A stretch of 64,000 bases of DNA from an uncultured Dehalococcoidia bacterium. Lineage in GTDB: Bacteria; Chloroflexota; Dehalococcoidia; SZUA-161. Made by a program: the position numbers and the translations under genes. The stretch is taken from the NCBI GenBank assembly GCA_964524995.1, contig CAZGDV010000001.1:6221-70220 (forward strand), read 5' to 3'. Every line of letters starts with the position of its first letter. Position 1 is the first letter of the stretch. Positions 28,183-39,561 of this stretch are shown in pieces. The notes below the pieces were generated by a model, which was not told the origin of the DNA, did not search any database, and saw nothing but the letters and a program-made list of their open reading frames with translations.

Positions 28183-29406
28183 CTAGCGTGCGGCCAGCAG
28201 CGCCGCAACCCTGTCCAGGAGTCGATGCGCGACGTCGGCCTTGGGAAGAAGCGGCAGTCTCTCCACGTTCCCGCTCCGGTCTACCAGGGACACCCTGTTG
28301 GTGTCTACCTCGAAACCGCTGTCTTCCGCCCTTATGTCATTGACGGCGATCAGGTCCAGGCCCTTCTTCCGCAGCTTGTCGGCACCCCTCGATTCTGCGT
28401 CACCGTCCTCGGCGGCGAACCCGACCTTGATGAAGCTGCCCGACAGCTCTCCGATGATATCCGTCGTCTTCTCCAGCTCGAGGGTCAGCCGCTCGGCCTC
28501 CCTCTTGATCTTCCCACCCGCCGAGGTCGCCGGACGGTAGTCGGCGACGGCTGCTGCCATTATGATCACGTCGGCTCCCTCAGCGGCTCGCCCGACAGCA
28601 GCGCGCATCTCCTCGGCGGTTGCCACGGAGACTATTTCCACCCCGGCAGGCTCGGGTACCGACGTCGTCCCGCTGATCAGCGTCACGGTCGCGCCCCGGT
28701 CCCTCGCCGCCTCCGCTATAGCATAGCCCATCTTGCCCGACGAACGGTTCCCTATGAACCGGACGAGGTCGATCGGCTCGTGAGTACCACCTGCGCTCAC
28801 GACCACCCGCCTGCCGACGAGATCGCCGCCTTTGCCCAGCACCTGGTACACCGTCCCCAGGATCACGAAATTGTCCTCCAGCCGCCCTTCGCCGATAAGG
28901 CCCGAAGCCAGCCTGCCCTCAGCCGGGCCGACGATGGTGAAGCCACGAGCGCGGAGCCTCTCCACATTCTCCGTGGTCGCCGGATTCCGCCACATACCGA
29001 CATCCATCGCCGGCGCTACGATCACAGGGGCCCTGGTGGCCAGCACCGTGCTAAGCAGCATCTCATCCGCGATTCCGGCGGCGATCTTGGCTATCGTGTT
29101 GGCCGTAGCAGGGGCAACCAGCATTACGTCGGCACGCTCGGCCAATGCCACGTGCTCGACGCTGAACTCCGACGACAGCTCGAACATGTCCGTCACCACA
29201 GGCCTGTGGGTGATACTGCGAAACGACAGGGGCGTAACGAACTGCATCGCAGCCTTGGTCATGATCACGTCTACCGCGAGCCCTCTCTGGGTCAGCTTGC
29301 TTGCGAGATCAACCGCCTTGTATGCGGCTATGCTGCCCGTTACTCCCAGGACAACGTTCTTGCCTTCGAACACATTACCTCCAACCGGTCCCTCAGCGTC
29401 CTTCAT
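28183..29406 (-). CDS. coaBC: bifunctional phosphopantothenoylcysteine decarboxylase / phosphopantothenate-cysteine ligase
   Basis: 407 aa; N-terminal flavoprotein domain (KNVVLGVTGSIAAYKAVDLASKL) and C-terminal CoaB ligase domain (GNRSSGKMG). Confidence 0.9.
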   Translation of the reverse strand: MKDAEGPVGGNVFEGKNVVLGVTGSIAAYKAVDLASKLTQRGLAVDVIMTKAAMQFVTPLSFRSITHRPVVTDMFELSSEFSVEHVALAERADVMLVAPATANTIAKIAAGIADEMLLSTVLATRAPVIVAPAMDVGMWRNPATTENVERLRARGFTIVGPAEGRLASGLIGEGRLEDNFVILGTVYQVLGKGGDLVGRRVVVSAGGTHEPIDLVRFIGNRSSGKMGYAIAEAARDRGATVTLISGTTSVPEPAGVEIVSVATAEEMRAAVGRAAEGADVIIMAAAVADYRPATSAGGKIKREAERLTLELEKTTDIIGELSGSFIKVGFAAEDGDAESRGADKLRKKGLDLIAVNDIRAEDSGFEVDTNRVSLVDRSGNVERLPLLPKADVAHRLLDRVAALLAAR

Positions 29407-30163
29407 TCATCTCATAGATGAACCGCAGTCCATGCAGCGTCAGATCGGGCTCCAGCGCATCTATCACATCCGTTTCCTCGGCGATGATGTTCGCCAGGCC
29501 GCCGGTCGCGATGACTTTGGCCTGCGCGTCCAACTCCTTCTTCATCCTGACTACTATGCCCTCAATCAGGCCAACATACCCGAATATGATCCCCGACTGC
29601 ATCGCCGCGACGCTGTTCCTGCCGATGGCCCGTTTCGGATTGGTCAATTCGACCCTGGGCAGTCTCGCCGCCCTCTCGAACAGCGCCTCCGCCGAGATGA
29701 CAATGCCCGGCGCTATGGCACCCCCGAGGTAGTCCCCGTCTTCCGAGACCGCATCGAAGGTCGTCGCTGTGCCGAGGTCGATCACGATCAACGGGCCGTC
29801 GTACAGCCTGTGCGCCGCCGCCACGTTGACCACTCGGTCCGGACCCACCTCATGGGGATTGTCGAGCGCGATCCTGACCCCGGTCTTGACACCTGTACCC
29901 ACGATCATCGGGGACACATGGAAGTAGTCCCGGCACATCTCCCCGAACGTAGTCACGAGCGGCGGCACCGAGCTGGAGATTATCGCGCTCTTGACCACCG
30001 AGAACTTGAGATCCTTCAGAGCAACTAGATTCGAGAGAATACCCGCATATTCGTCGGACAGCTTGTGGACGTCCGTTCCGAGCCGCCACGTCGCGACCAA
30101 CCTTTCGCCGTCAAAGACGCCTATCGCGATGTTCGTGTTGCCGATGTCAATTGCAAGCAGCAT
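29393..30163 (-). CDS. coaX: type III pantothenate kinase
   Basis: 256 aa; MLLAIDIGNTNIAIGVF.. ASKHA N-terminus and DLGTATT motif typical of CoaX; overlaps coaBC by 14 nt. Confidence 0.9.
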   Translation of the reverse strand: MLLAIDIGNTNIAIGVFDGERLVATWRLGTDVHKLSDEYAGILSNLVALKDLKFSVVKSAIISSSVPPLVTTFGEMCRDYFHVSPMIVGTGVKTGVRIALDNPHEVGPDRVVNVAAAHRLYDGPLIVIDLGTATTFDAVSEDGDYLGGAIAPGIVISAEALFERAARLPRVELTNPKRAIGRNSVAAMQSGIIFGYVGLIEGIVVRMKKELDAQAKVIATGGLANIIAEETDVIDALEPDLTLHGLRFIYEMNEGR

Positions 30164-30260
30164 GTCAGGACAAGCTCCCTTTCATAGCCGGAGTCCACAG
30201 CCCGGGCCCCAGTGTGCCGCATATTATAGCCAACTTCAGCTTCCCTTACAACGCGTGCAT

Positions 30261-30998
30261 TCACGCCTTGTGTTCGATGACGAAACGCGCTCTCTTGCGG
30301 CGCTGCGCAACGTCGCCGTACGATCTCTGCCTGGCGAGATAGTCCATCGCCTTCTTCGTGTCGCTGGCGACCTTGGCCTTGTCGCTGTTGGTCAATCTGT
30401 ACTTGAACAGCCAGTATGTGAACTCCTGCAACTCGTTCAAGGCAACAGTCTCCTGATGACGGTACGCCCGCTCCTCCCTGAACTGCCTCAAGAGCGCATC
30501 CTGCGCCAGGCCATACAGTCTGATGTAGCCGTCGGCCTCGTCCCCCTCGCCCAGGCGCAGCAGCTGGGCATTCCTCTCCTTGCATATCTCCTCTTCGACC
30601 GCCGCGAGCAGGAACCTCTCCGCTATGATTCCGTACAGGAAGTTCAAGTAGGCATGGTACTTCGCCGTGCCAATGAGACCCTTGAACTCATCGTCGCTGA
30701 CGTCCACCGGTAAACGTCCGTCGAACACCAGGTCGTTGTACTCCTGTTCGGGAACGGCATCCTTGACTTCGCCGACCAGGCGTTCTGCAAGCAGCAGCCA
30801 ATCGAACGCCTCCCCATCTATTAGATAGCGGTAGTGCCTGCCACCTGCCGTCTCCTCCGGGCTTGCCCACAGTCCTATCGCCTCGAGCAGGGCCGTATGC
30901 CATGCTTTGCCACTCACCACACCCTCCCTGAGGTGGCCCATCGCCTCCTGGTCGGCAACCCTCGCCCAGCCCTTCTTCTCCGAACCGGCTCCTGCCAT
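30261..30998 (-). CDS. hypothetical protein
   Basis: 245 aa, good coding statistics and placement, no recognisable motif. Confidence 0.5.
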   Translation of the reverse strand: MAGAGSEKKGWARVADQEAMGHLREGVVSGKAWHTALLEAIGLWASPEETAGGRHYRYLIDGEAFDWLLLAERLVGEVKDAVPEQEYNDLVFDGRLPVDVSDDEFKGLIGTAKYHAYLNFLYGIIAERFLLAAVEEEICKERNAQLLRLGEGDEADGYIRLYGLAQDALLRQFREERAYRHQETVALNELQEFTYWLFKYRLTNSDKAKVASDTKKAMDYLARQRSYGDVAQRRKRARFVIEHKA

Positions 30999-31007
30999 CG
31001 TACCTTC

Positions 31008-32726
31008 CTACCTCCGCTTCAACCAGCGCAGGAACTCGTCAACCGGCCTGGTGTTCAATACGTCCGATGCCCGGCACCAACCCCGCCGCGCGACTCCCAC
31101 GCCGAATCGCATGAGATCGAGGTGATCGACGCTGTGGGAATCCGTACCGATTACCAGGCTCACTCCGACCTCTCCGGCCCTCTTCGCCTGCGTATCCCTC
31201 AGATCAAGCCTGTCCGGCATCGCATTGATCTCCAGGGCTGTGTTCGTTCTCACCGAGGCGCGGAATACCTCCTCCAGATCGATTTCAACCGGCTCCCGCG
31301 TCCCGATGAGCCTGCACGTAGGATGAGCGAGGACATGCACGCGCGGGTTCTCGATGGCGCGAATTACTCTCCTCGTCATTTTCTCCGAATCTTGCTGCAT
31401 TGACGAGTGAACTGCGGCAACCACTATGTCAAGCTCTTCAAGAATATCATCAGGGTAATCGAGCGCACCATCCGCGCGTATGTCTAACTCGATCCCGGCG
31501 AGGAGGCGTATGCGGGATAACTTCGCGTCAACGTCTCTTATCTCGGCGATCTGTTCTCTCAGCCGCTCAACGCTCAGGCCGTGCGCGATGCCCCTCCCTG
31601 CTGAATGGTCCGTGATAGCGAGATATTCGTAGCCCAAGCCCTGCGCCGCCATCGCCATCGCCTCGATAGAATCGTGGCCGTCGCTCCAATCGGTGTGCAC
31701 GTGCAGGTCCCCTTTGATATCGGCCAACTCGATCAGTTCGGGCAACTGCCGCTTCTGGGCTGCCTCGATCTCCCCTTGCGCCTCGCGTAACTCGGGGGGA
31801 ATCAACTGCAGCCCCAACCGTTCGTAGAACGCCGCCTCGTCGGTGTACTTCTCCACCTCGCCCGTATCCAAGACAGTGATCCCGTACTCGCTCAGGCTTA
31901 GCCCCCGGTGTAGCGCCATCTCCCTGAGCAGTACGTTGTGCTCCTTCGAGCCTGTGAAGTGCTGGAGAAGCGAGCCGTAGCTCTCGTGATCGACCATCCT
32001 CAGGTCGACCTGTATCCCGTTGGCGGCGATGACGCTCGCCTTCGTCGGGCCCTTGGCCAACACCTCCTCGACCATCGGCAGATGCAAGAAGGCCTCCACT
32101 ATGCGAGCTGGCTCGTCCGCGGTACCCATGATATCGATATCGCCTACAGTCTCCCTGGCCCGCCGCAGGCTTCCCGCCGGCTCCAGGTGGCGAACGCCCA
32201 GCTGATCACGCAAGGCGCTGACTATCTCATCCACCAAGGGTTGCGCAGTCCCCAAAAGTATCCGAACGTCCTTGTGACGGTGCCTCCGAAGCTGCCTGAG
32301 GATGTTATCGGCGGTCTTCTCCCCCAAACCCTGCAGTGATGCGAACCTGCCATCGACGATCGCCTTCTCCAGGTCGTCGATGCTGTTCACACCCAACTCC
32401 TGATGGGCGCGTGCGGCAATCCTCGGGCCCACTCCGGGTACGTCCATCAAGCTCCTGATGCCATCGGGGAACTCGCTGCGAAGCTTCTCGTAGACATCGA
32501 GACGACCCGTAGACAGGAGTTCCGATATCTTCTTGGCTATGGCTTCGCCGACGCCGGGGATCTCGCGGAGCCTGCCCTCGTTCATGACTTGCTCCAAGTC
32601 GACGGACAGGCCTTCAATGGTGCGTGCTGCGCGTTCGTAGGCCTTGATCTTGAAGCGGTTCTCGCCCTTCAACTCCAGAAGATCAGCCAGGTCCTGGAAT
32701 ACCTGAGCTACCGCTGCGTTGTCCAC
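31008..32726 (-). CDS. polX: DNA polymerase X family protein with C-terminal PHP phosphoesterase domain
   Basis: 572 aa; N-terminal HhH/pol-beta-like region (IPGVGEAIAKKISELL, GVGPRIAAR) and C-terminal PHP His/Asp motifs (HVHTDWSDGHDS, LAITDHS). Confidence 0.85.
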   Translation of the reverse strand: MDNAAVAQVFQDLADLLELKGENRFKIKAYERAARTIEGLSVDLEQVMNEGRLREIPGVGEAIAKKISELLSTGRLDVYEKLRSEFPDGIRSLMDVPGVGPRIAARAHQELGVNSIDDLEKAIVDGRFASLQGLGEKTADNILRQLRRHRHKDVRILLGTAQPLVDEIVSALRDQLGVRHLEPAGSLRRARETVGDIDIMGTADEPARIVEAFLHLPMVEEVLAKGPTKASVIAANGIQVDLRMVDHESYGSLLQHFTGSKEHNVLLREMALHRGLSLSEYGITVLDTGEVEKYTDEAAFYERLGLQLIPPELREAQGEIEAAQKRQLPELIELADIKGDLHVHTDWSDGHDSIEAMAMAAQGLGYEYLAITDHSAGRGIAHGLSVERLREQIAEIRDVDAKLSRIRLLAGIELDIRADGALDYPDDILEELDIVVAAVHSSMQQDSEKMTRRVIRAIENPRVHVLAHPTCRLIGTREPVEIDLEEVFRASVRTNTALEINAMPDRLDLRDTQAKRAGEVGVSLVIGTDSHSVDHLDLMRFGVGVARRGWCRASDVLNTRPVDEFLRWLKRR

Positions 32727-32750
32727 ATCCTTTCGCCCCCTGCCTAGCCC

Positions 32751-35312
32751 CTACTGACGTCCACAGCACTTCTTGTATTTCTTCCCGCTCCCACAGGGAC
32801 AAGGGTCGTTCCTGCCGAGCCTGCTCGGCACAGGGACCTTCTCCCGCTCGGGGCGCTTCTGCTCTCTGACAAGCCCGACATGGTAGATCGTATGGACTAT
32901 GTCATGACTCACTCCGGCCATGAGGCGCTGGAACATCTCGTGCCCTTCCCGCTTATAGGCCACCAGCGGGTCTCTGTGCCCGATAGCCTGCAGACCGATC
33001 CCCTGGCGCATGTTCTCCATTGCCGTTAGATGCTCCACCCAGCGCCTGTCGATGGCCCGCAGCATGACAAGCCGCTCCAGGATTCTCATGTTCTCGGGCC
33101 CCATCTCCTGTTCCTTCTGGCCATACAGCGACTCGGCCTGCTCCAGCAGCTTGTGTTCGACCTCGCTACGACTCATGCGCGACAGGTTGTCCGGACCGAG
33201 GTCTGGGGGAAGCGGCAGCACGGCCCCCACGGCACCGACCAGTCCGGGGATGTCCCAATCATCGCCCTGCTCGTCGGCCAGGTTGGAGCGGACCGACTCG
33301 CGGATCTCGTCCTTCACCATATCGAGGATGTTGGCGCGCAGGTCTGCACCGCCCAATATCTTCTCGCGCTCGTCATAGATGACTTCCCGGTGCCTGTTGA
33401 CAACGTCATCGTACTCGACCAGATGCTTGCGGATATCGAAGTGATATGCCTCTATCTTGGTCTGTGAGTTCTCTATCACCTTGCCCACCAGACCATGCTC
33501 CAGCGGCGTCTCGTCATCGAAGCCCGCCCATTCCATTACACCTTTGACGCGCTCACCACCGAACCTTCGTATTATGTCGTCTTCCAGCGACACGTAGAAG
33601 CGTGAGCTGCCCGGATCACCCTGACGGCCGGCGCGGCCTCTGAGCTGGTTGTCGATCCGCCTGGCCTCGTGCCGCTCCGTTCCCACAACGTGCAGTCCCC
33701 CGAGCTCAATGACGCGGTTGTGCTCAGCTTTCCAATCCTCGGTATCCCTGCCCTCCGGGTTACCACCGAGAATGATGTCCACGCCACGCCCGGCCATGTT
33801 CGTCGCGATGGTCACAGCGCCGAGGCGTCCCGCCTGAGCCACTATGCCCGCTTCCCTCTCGTGCTGCTTGGCGTTCAGCACCTCGTGAGGTACGCCCCGC
33901 CTCTGCAGCATCTGGCTCAGGCGCTCTGACTTCTCGATCGAGACGGTGCCGACGAGCACCGGATGTCCTTGCCGATGCAGCTCTTCGATGTCCCTGACCA
34001 CAGCCCGGAACTTGCCCTCTTCGTTCTTGTATATCTGGTCACGCATCTCCTCGCGGATCAGCGGCTTGTTCGTGGGGATGACGACGACGTCAAGCCCGTA
34101 TATCTTGTCCAACTCCTCAGCCTCTGTCTCTGCGGTCCCGGTCATCCCGGCAAGCTTCTCGTACATGCGGAAGTAGTTCTGGAACGTAATCGTGGCCATC
34201 GTGATGCTCTCGCGCTGAATCTTCACGCCCTCCTTCGCCTCGATGGCCTGGTGTAGTCCCTCCGAGTACCGCCGCCCGACCATGAGACGGCCGGTGAACT
34301 CATCGACGATTATGACCTCGCCGTCCTTCACTACGTAGTCACGGTCCCGCTTGTACAGTACGTGTGCCTTCAGCGCGTTATCCACGAAATGCGTCAGCCC
34401 GTAGTTCGCGGGATCGTAGAGGTTGTCGAGGCCGAGGCCGCGTTCCATCTTGGCGACGCCCGACTCCGTCAGCGTAACTGACCGGGTGCGCTCCTCCACC
34501 GCGTAGTCCTCTTCCGGCCTCAGCCTCGGGATCAGCCTGGCGACTCTTACGTAGTCCTGGGCTGACTCCTCCGCAGCACCGCTGATGATGAGTGGTGTTC
34601 GGGCTTCATCGATCAGTATGTTGTCAACCTCGTCCACAATCGCGTAGTACAGGTCCCTCTGCACACGTCTCGACAGGTCGATGACCATGTTGTCCCTGAG
34701 ATAGTCGAAGCCGAACTCGTTGTTGGTGCCACAGGTTATGTCGGCCTCGTAGGCCTCACGCCGGCTGATCGGGCGAAGGCGGACCAGCCTCGGATCGTCG
34801 GACTCCGCATCCGGGTCGAAGGCGTAGGCGGCGTCGTGCTGGATGCAGGCCACGGACAGGCCCAGCATATGGTATATGGGGCCCATCCACTGCGTATCGC
34901 GCTTCGCCAGGTAGTCGTTGACCGTTACTACATGGACTCCCTCGCCGGCCAAGGCATTGAGCGTCACAGGCAGAGTAGCCACCAGCGTCTTGCCCTCTCC
35001 GGTCTTCATCTCAGCAATCTTGCCGTGATGAAGGACTACCCCACCCATAAGCTGAACGTCGAAATGCCTTTGCCCGATCGTTCTTTTCGCTGCCTCCCTG
35101 ACCAACGCGAAGACCTCAGGCAGGACGTCATCCAGGACTCGCTCGTTATCCCTTGCGGCCTCTTTGAACCGATCAGCTTTCGCGCGCAAGTCTGAGTCGC
35201 TGAGTCGCTCGAATTCGGGCTCGAGCGCATTGACCTTCTCGACAACCGGCAGAAGCCGCTTGACCTGCTTCTCGTTGGAGTCACCTAGAATACCTGTAAT
35301 CCGCCTCAACAT
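32751..35312 (-). CDS. secA: preprotein translocase ATPase SecA
   Basis: 853 aa; DEAD-motor motifs ([32 protein letters not shown]) and C-terminal zinc finger [14 protein letters not shown]. Confidence 0.95.
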   Translation of the reverse strand: MLRRITGILGDSNEKQVKRLLPVVEKVNALEPEFERLSDSDLRAKADRFKEAARDNERVLDDVLPEVFALVREAAKRTIGQRHFDVQLMGGVVLHHGKIAEMKTGEGKTLVATLPVTLNALAGEGVHVVTVNDYLAKRDTQWMGPIYHMLGLSVACIQHDAAYAFDPDAESDDPRLVRLRPISRREAYEADITCGTNNEFGFDYLRDNMVIDLSRRVQRDLYYAIVDEVDNILIDEARTPLIISGAAEESAQDYVRVARLIPRLRPEEDYAVEERTRSVTLTESGVAKMERGLGLDNLYDPANYGLTHFVDNALKAHVLYKRDRDYVVKDGEVIIVDEFTGRLMVGRRYSEGLHQAIEAKEGVKIQRESITMATITFQNYFRMYEKLAGMTGTAETEAEELDKIYGLDVVVIPTNKPLIREEMRDQIYKNEEGKFRAVVRDIEELHRQGHPVLVGTVSIEKSERLSQMLQRRGVPHEVLNAKQHEREAGIVAQAGRLGAVTIATNMAGRGVDIILGGNPEGRDTEDWKAEHNRVIELGGLHVVGTERHEARRIDNQLRGRAGRQGDPGSSRFYVSLEDDIIRRFGGERVKGVMEWAGFDDETPLEHGLVGKVIENSQTKIEAYHFDIRKHLVEYDDVVNRHREVIYDEREKILGGADLRANILDMVKDEIRESVRSNLADEQGDDWDIPGLVGAVGAVLPLPPDLGPDNLSRMSRSEVEHKLLEQAESLYGQKEQEMGPENMRILERLVMLRAIDRRWVEHLTAMENMRQGIGLQAIGHRDPLVAYKREGHEMFQRLMAGVSHDIVHTIYHVGLVREQKRPEREKVPVPSRLGRNDPCPCGSGKKYKKCCGRQ

Positions 35313-35323
35313 GATTCCCGTTC

Positions 35324-36265
35324 CTATTGGAACATAGCGCCAACGGAGAGTCCGGCATGGATCCGGTGTATCGCCTCCCCGATCAATGATGCCAGCGACA
35401 GCACCTTGATTTTGTCCAGCATCTTGCCGTCCGGAATGGGCACCGTGTCCGTTACGACCAGCTCCTTGATAGGGCTAGCGGCAACCCGCTTCACACCATC
35501 TCCCGACAGTATCGGATGCGTGCAGCAAGCGTATATCTCGGCTGAACCATGCTCCTGCAGTGTTACTGCCGCGTTCGAAATCGAGCCACCAGTGTCAACC
35601 TCATCATCCATCAGAACGGCGCGCTTCCCCCTGACATCACCTATCACTGTCAGGGTCTCAGACTTGTCGACGTTTCCGACCCGCCGCTTCTCGATGATAG
35701 CCAGCGGTGCGCCAAGCATCTCGGCCAGGTCACGGGCGCGCTTGGCGATGCCAACGTCCGTGGCTACCACCACGAACTCATCCCACCCCTTCTGCGCGAA
35801 ATAGTCGCTGAGGATGTACAGGGCGCTCAACTCATCAACGGGTATGTTGAAGAACCCCTGTATCTGCCCCGCGTGGAGGTCTACGGTCAACACGCGATCC
35901 GCCCCGGCCACGGTCAGAAGGTCCGCAACCAGACGAGCCGTAATAGGGACCCTCGGCTGGTCCTTCTTGTCCGTACGACTATAGCCGTAGTACGGCATTA
36001 CCGCGGTAATCCTGCCCGCCGAGGCCCTCTTCATGGCATCTATGATTATGAGCAACTCCACGAGGTTCTTGTTCACAGGAGAGCATATCGGCTGCACGAC
36101 GAACACGTCCCGCTGCCGCACATTCTCCAGTACTCGGGCAAAGATATTCTCGTTGCTGAACTCGAATACCTCCATCTTGCCCAGCGGCAGGCCGAGGTAG
36201 TCGCAGATTCTCTGCGACAGCTGCGGATGGGCGTTGCCGCTGAAGACCTTCAGTTCATCGAACAC
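35324..36265 (-). CDS. prs: ribose-phosphate pyrophosphokinase
   Basis: 313 aa; [22 protein letters not shown]-terminus and PRPP-binding loop DDEVDTGGS. Confidence 0.95.
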   Translation of the reverse strand: MFDELKVFSGNAHPQLSQRICDYLGLPLGKMEVFEFSNENIFARVLENVRQRDVFVVQPICSPVNKNLVELLIIIDAMKRASAGRITAVMPYYGYSRTDKKDQPRVPITARLVADLLTVAGADRVLTVDLHAGQIQGFFNIPVDELSALYILSDYFAQKGWDEFVVVATDVGIAKRARDLAEMLGAPLAIIEKRRVGNVDKSETLTVIGDVRGKRAVLMDDEVDTGGSISNAAVTLQEHGSAEIYACCTHPILSGDGVKRVAASPIKELVVTDTVPIPDGKMLDKIKVLSLASLIGEAIHRIHAGLSVGAMFQ

Positions 36266-36440
36266 TTCTGTCCCCCTGGCTACTGATACTTCGCTCGAAC
36301 CGTCTCACGGCGCAAATATAGCACATGAGGATAGGTGCTGCAATCGCAGCAAGACACGTCCGAAGAGATGCGGGCCACCACCGGAAGGCTACGCCGTAGG
36401 TAGCCCTACTGGAAAATGCCCGCGCGACCGCGTACCGGGC

Positions 36441-37028
36441 TCATCTCCTCGCTTCGCGGAGCACCTTCCTGACGCCCGGCTCAATATCTTGTGAGGTGTC
36501 GACCACAATGTGATTGCGTCCAATTCGCTCCACCCGACCCCTCATCGCATTGTACACACCCAGGTCGGCATCCGAGCTGTCCGGGCGGCTGCTGTCTCCG
36601 GCACGAACGGCCAAGCGCTCCTCCACCAGCTCCGGCGGAGCCTTCACCCACACCAGTGTGAGCCTCGCCCCGGCACGGTCTGCAATCTTGTACAGGCGCT
36701 CCCGATGGGTCTCAATCAGGTTGGTGGCATCGAGGATTACCGACAAGCCCCGGCTCAACAGCTCTTCAATCAACACATGACAGGCGTCGAACAGGCGATT
36801 GCTCTCACTCGCATTGTACCGGGGTGACCGAATGAGCCGTTTCCGTAGCGCGTCGCTCTCCAGGACGACGCTCGGCAGGTCCTCCGCCAGCCTTCGGCTG
36901 AAGTGCGACTTCCCTGTACCGGGAAGGCCGCTGACAACTATCAGGACCGGACGTGCCTCGGGCTCGGGGAGTTCCCCGAGCCCGTCTTTCAGTGTCTGTA
37001 CGTCCTGTTCGACTCTAGTCGGTCCCAT
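36441..37028 (-). CDS. P-loop kinase-like ATPase (AAA_33 / zeta-toxin-like fold), function unknown
   Basis: 195 aa; Walker A VSGLPGTGKSHFS and Walker B-like VILDATN. Confidence 0.55.
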   Translation of the reverse strand: MGPTRVEQDVQTLKDGLGELPEPEARPVLIVVSGLPGTGKSHFSRRLAEDLPSVVLESDALRKRLIRSPRYNASESNRLFDACHVLIEELLSRGLSVILDATNLIETHRERLYKIADRAGARLTLVWVKAPPELVEERLAVRAGDSSRPDSSDADLGVYNAMRGRVERIGRNHIVVDTSQDIEPGVRKVLREARR

Positions 37029-37103
37029 TGTCTAAGCAATCCCGATTAGGCGCGTGCCGCCCCAACTACGGGTTCGTCCCAACTCCTAACACGCCGATGC
37101 CGA

Positions 37104-37802
37104 CTACGAAGCCTCTACCTCTATCTCGCTACGGTCGTACAGGAGGCGGTTCCCCATCCTGCGCAGCTTGCGTGACGGAAGGTGTATGTCCTGCCTTATT
37201 CCCGCCGTGGCCCGCCGCACCATGATCAGCACGAAGAGCACTACAAACGATATGATCACCGACAACGGTTGTCCCACCAACCACGCCGCCAGTGGCAGTA
37301 CCGCGAAAGCCACCGCCATCGCCAAGGGCAGGCTGAGGGACGGCGGCCCGCCCAGCTTCAGCCTCTCGTTCACGGTCTGATTTGGCCGCATAAGCCTCGG
37401 TATCGTGCGAATCGAGGCACCAATCAGGATGGGTATCAATATGATTCCCATGGCCCTGGTGGCCACGGCCCCCGACATGGCCAACCCAATCGTGTTTCCC
37501 TTCTCTCCCTGGAATTTCAGGAAGACAGGCCACATCTGCCCGGCGACGGCCGCCACGCCTGCGAACGCCACCCAGCCTGGTTCGAAATCGAACGCCCGGG
37601 CCACCAGGACAGCGATGACACCCTTGGCGAAATCAAACAGTATGCCTGCCAGCCCCTCAAGCCGATTGACATTCCTCCAGAGCGCCAGGTGCATGTCATC
37701 GTATTCCCTGAGGTCAATGCCGTGAAGTCTCCCTATGAGGTACATGAAGGGAAAAGCTCCGAGCAGATAAGAGCCGACCATCAGGCCGGCTTCATCCCAC
37801 AT
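37104..37802 (-). CDS. PlsY-family (DUF205) membrane protein with degenerate active-site motif
   Basis: Polytopic membrane protein colinear with PlsY (..GxMWPVFLKFQGEKG.. aligns with PlsY GHIWPVFFGFKGGKG). Where PlsY has SGNxGATN this protein has DMHLALWRNVN. Start chosen at ATG 37802 (GAGGAG RBS 7 nt upstream); it overlaps the DegV stop by 11 nt. Confidence 0.5.
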   Translation of the reverse strand: MWDEAGLMVGSYLLGAFPFMYLIGRLHGIDLREYDDMHLALWRNVNRLEGLAGILFDFAKGVIAVLVARAFDFEPGWVAFAGVAAVAGQMWPVFLKFQGEKGNTIGLAMSGAVATRAMGIILIPILIGASIRTIPRLMRPNQTVNERLKLGGPPSLSLPLAMAVAFAVLPLAAWLVGQPLSVIISFVVLFVLIMVRRATAGIRQDIHLPSRKLRRMGNRLLYDRSEIEVEAS

Positions 37803-38649
37803 CCGGGCTCTCCTCGTGGAAGAAGGCAATGCCTAGTACGCCGGGCCCGGCCTGAACGCCCATGGTCGGTGCGAAATCCGTGACATAGATCTCTACGCAC
37901 TCGAACCCAGATTGAATCCTCTCTTTCAGGGCTTCCGCTTCATCGCGCACATTGGCATGCATGACATTCACGTGGACCGGCTTGCCCTGAGTCCGCTCCC
38001 TCATGACCTCGACCAATCGGTCCACCGCTTTCGGCTTCGTTCTCGACTTTTCGAACAGGCCTATTCCGTCCTTGGAGAACGTCAGTATGGGCTTGATCTT
38101 GAGTACAGAGCTACCCCACGCCGCTATCCTGGGGATTCTGCCCGCCCTCGCCAGGTACTGGAGAGTGTCGAGCACGGCCAACATGTTCACACGGGGTATC
38201 ATGCCCTCGGCTACCTCTGCTACCTCTGCCAGGCTCTTACCACCCGCCGCCGCCCTGGCAGCCTCGAGCGCCACGAACCCCTGCGCCCCACCGGCAGTCC
38301 GGGAGTCAACCACGCTGACAGAGAGTCCCGGCAACGACTCGGCTGCCAACCCCTTCGCCTGAACAGCGGAGTTATACATCATGCTTATCTCAGAGCAGAT
38401 GGTAACACAGAGCACGTCAGTTGCCACCGCGCTGATTTCCTCGAATGCCTGTAGGAAGTCCGCGGGAGACGGCGATGTCGTAGTCGGCAAAGAGGGGCTG
38501 CTCGCAACGAACTCGTAGACCTCGCGAGACGTTATATCAATGCCGTCGCGATAGGTCTTGCCATTCATAACGATGCTTATCGGCACGATCCCGATGTCGT
38601 ATTCGTCGATCAACTCCTTGGGAAGACAGGCCACGCTATCGGTGACCAC
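37792..38649 (-). CDS. DegV-family fatty-acid-binding protein (FakB-like)
   Basis: 285 aa; DegV N-terminal VTDSxACLPxEL..IxIVPIxI and overall EDD-fold pattern. Confidence 0.85.
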   Translation of the reverse strand: MVTDSVACLPKELIDEYDIGIVPISIVMNGKTYRDGIDITSREVYEFVASSPSLPTTTSPSPADFLQAFEEISAVATDVLCVTICSEISMMYNSAVQAKGLAAESLPGLSVSVVDSRTAGGAQGFVALEAARAAAGGKSLAEVAEVAEGMIPRVNMLAVLDTLQYLARAGRIPRIAAWGSSVLKIKPILTFSKDGIGLFEKSRTKPKAVDRLVEVMRERTQGKPVHVNVMHANVRDEAEALKERIQSGFECVEIYVTDFAPTMGVQAGPGVLGIAFFHEESPDVG

Positions 38650-38697
38650 AGCAACAAGAGCGATGCTAGGCCCCTTTCCCCTGCATCCAGAGCTTCT

Positions 38698-39561
38698 CTA
38701 CTTTGCCGGTTCGACCGTATAGAACGTGATTCCGAGCGACCCGGGCCCGGTATGTGCGCCGATCACCGGAGTGAAGTCGGTGATGTAGAACTCCCTGCAG
38801 TCGAACCTCGATATGATCTCGTCCTTCAGCCTCGCTGCCTCCTCCGCTGCGTTGGCATGCATCAAGTTCACGCACAGCGGCCGGCTATCGGCCCTGGCCC
38901 TCAGTATCTCCAGCAGCCGTTGGAGCGCCTTCTTCCGAGTGCGGCACCGCTCGATCAACCGAACATCGTCGGTCGCATCGAGAATCGGCTTTATCTTGAA
39001 CAGCGAACCTGCCCACGCGGCCGCCTTCGGAATCCGTCCCCCCTTCGCCAGGTAGTACAGCGTATCCAGCATGGCAATCGCGTTGACCCTGCTCATCATG
39101 TCGTCCGCCGCCCGCCGCACTTCCGCCAAACTCGCTCCCTCTGCGGCAACCCGCCCGGCAGCCTGCGCTATGAACCCCTGAACCAGAGCGGGGCCACGCG
39201 ACGGGTAGACGTCTATCTCTATATCCGGGGCACGGTCTGCAGCCATCTCCTTCGCCTTCACGGCGGAATCGTAGGCCATCCCCAGGTGCGGTGGAAGGGT
39301 GATACAGAAAACGCCATCGTACTCTTTCCCCAGCTCCACGAACGCATCGAGATACTCTCCGGGCGAAGGGGAGGAACTGGTGGGAAGTTTCTTGGCACCC
39401 TTGAGGAGCTCATAGAACTGGCTGGCCGTTATGTCAACACCATCTCTGTAGGCCCGATCCTCGAATACCAGAAGCAGCGGCAGTACATGCACCTTGTACT
39501 GCTCGACCACTTCCCTGGGCACGCAGGCACTGCTGTCGGTGGTAACCGCGACTCTGCCCAT
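38698..39561 (-). CDS. DegV-family fatty-acid-binding protein (second tandem paralog)
   Basis: 287 aa; VAVTTDSSACVPREVVEQYKVHVLPLLL..; paralogous to the preceding DegV. Confidence 0.85.
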   Translation of the reverse strand: MGRVAVTTDSSACVPREVVEQYKVHVLPLLLVFEDRAYRDGVDITASQFYELLKGAKKLPTSSSPSPGEYLDAFVELGKEYDGVFCITLPPHLGMAYDSAVKAKEMAADRAPDIEIDVYPSRGPALVQGFIAQAAGRVAAEGASLAEVRRAADDMMSRVNAIAMLDTLYYLAKGGRIPKAAAWAGSLFKIKPILDATDDVRLIERCRTRKKALQRLLEILRARADSRPLCVNLMHANAAEEAARLKDEIISRFDCREFYITDFTPVIGAHTGPGSLGITFYTVEPAK

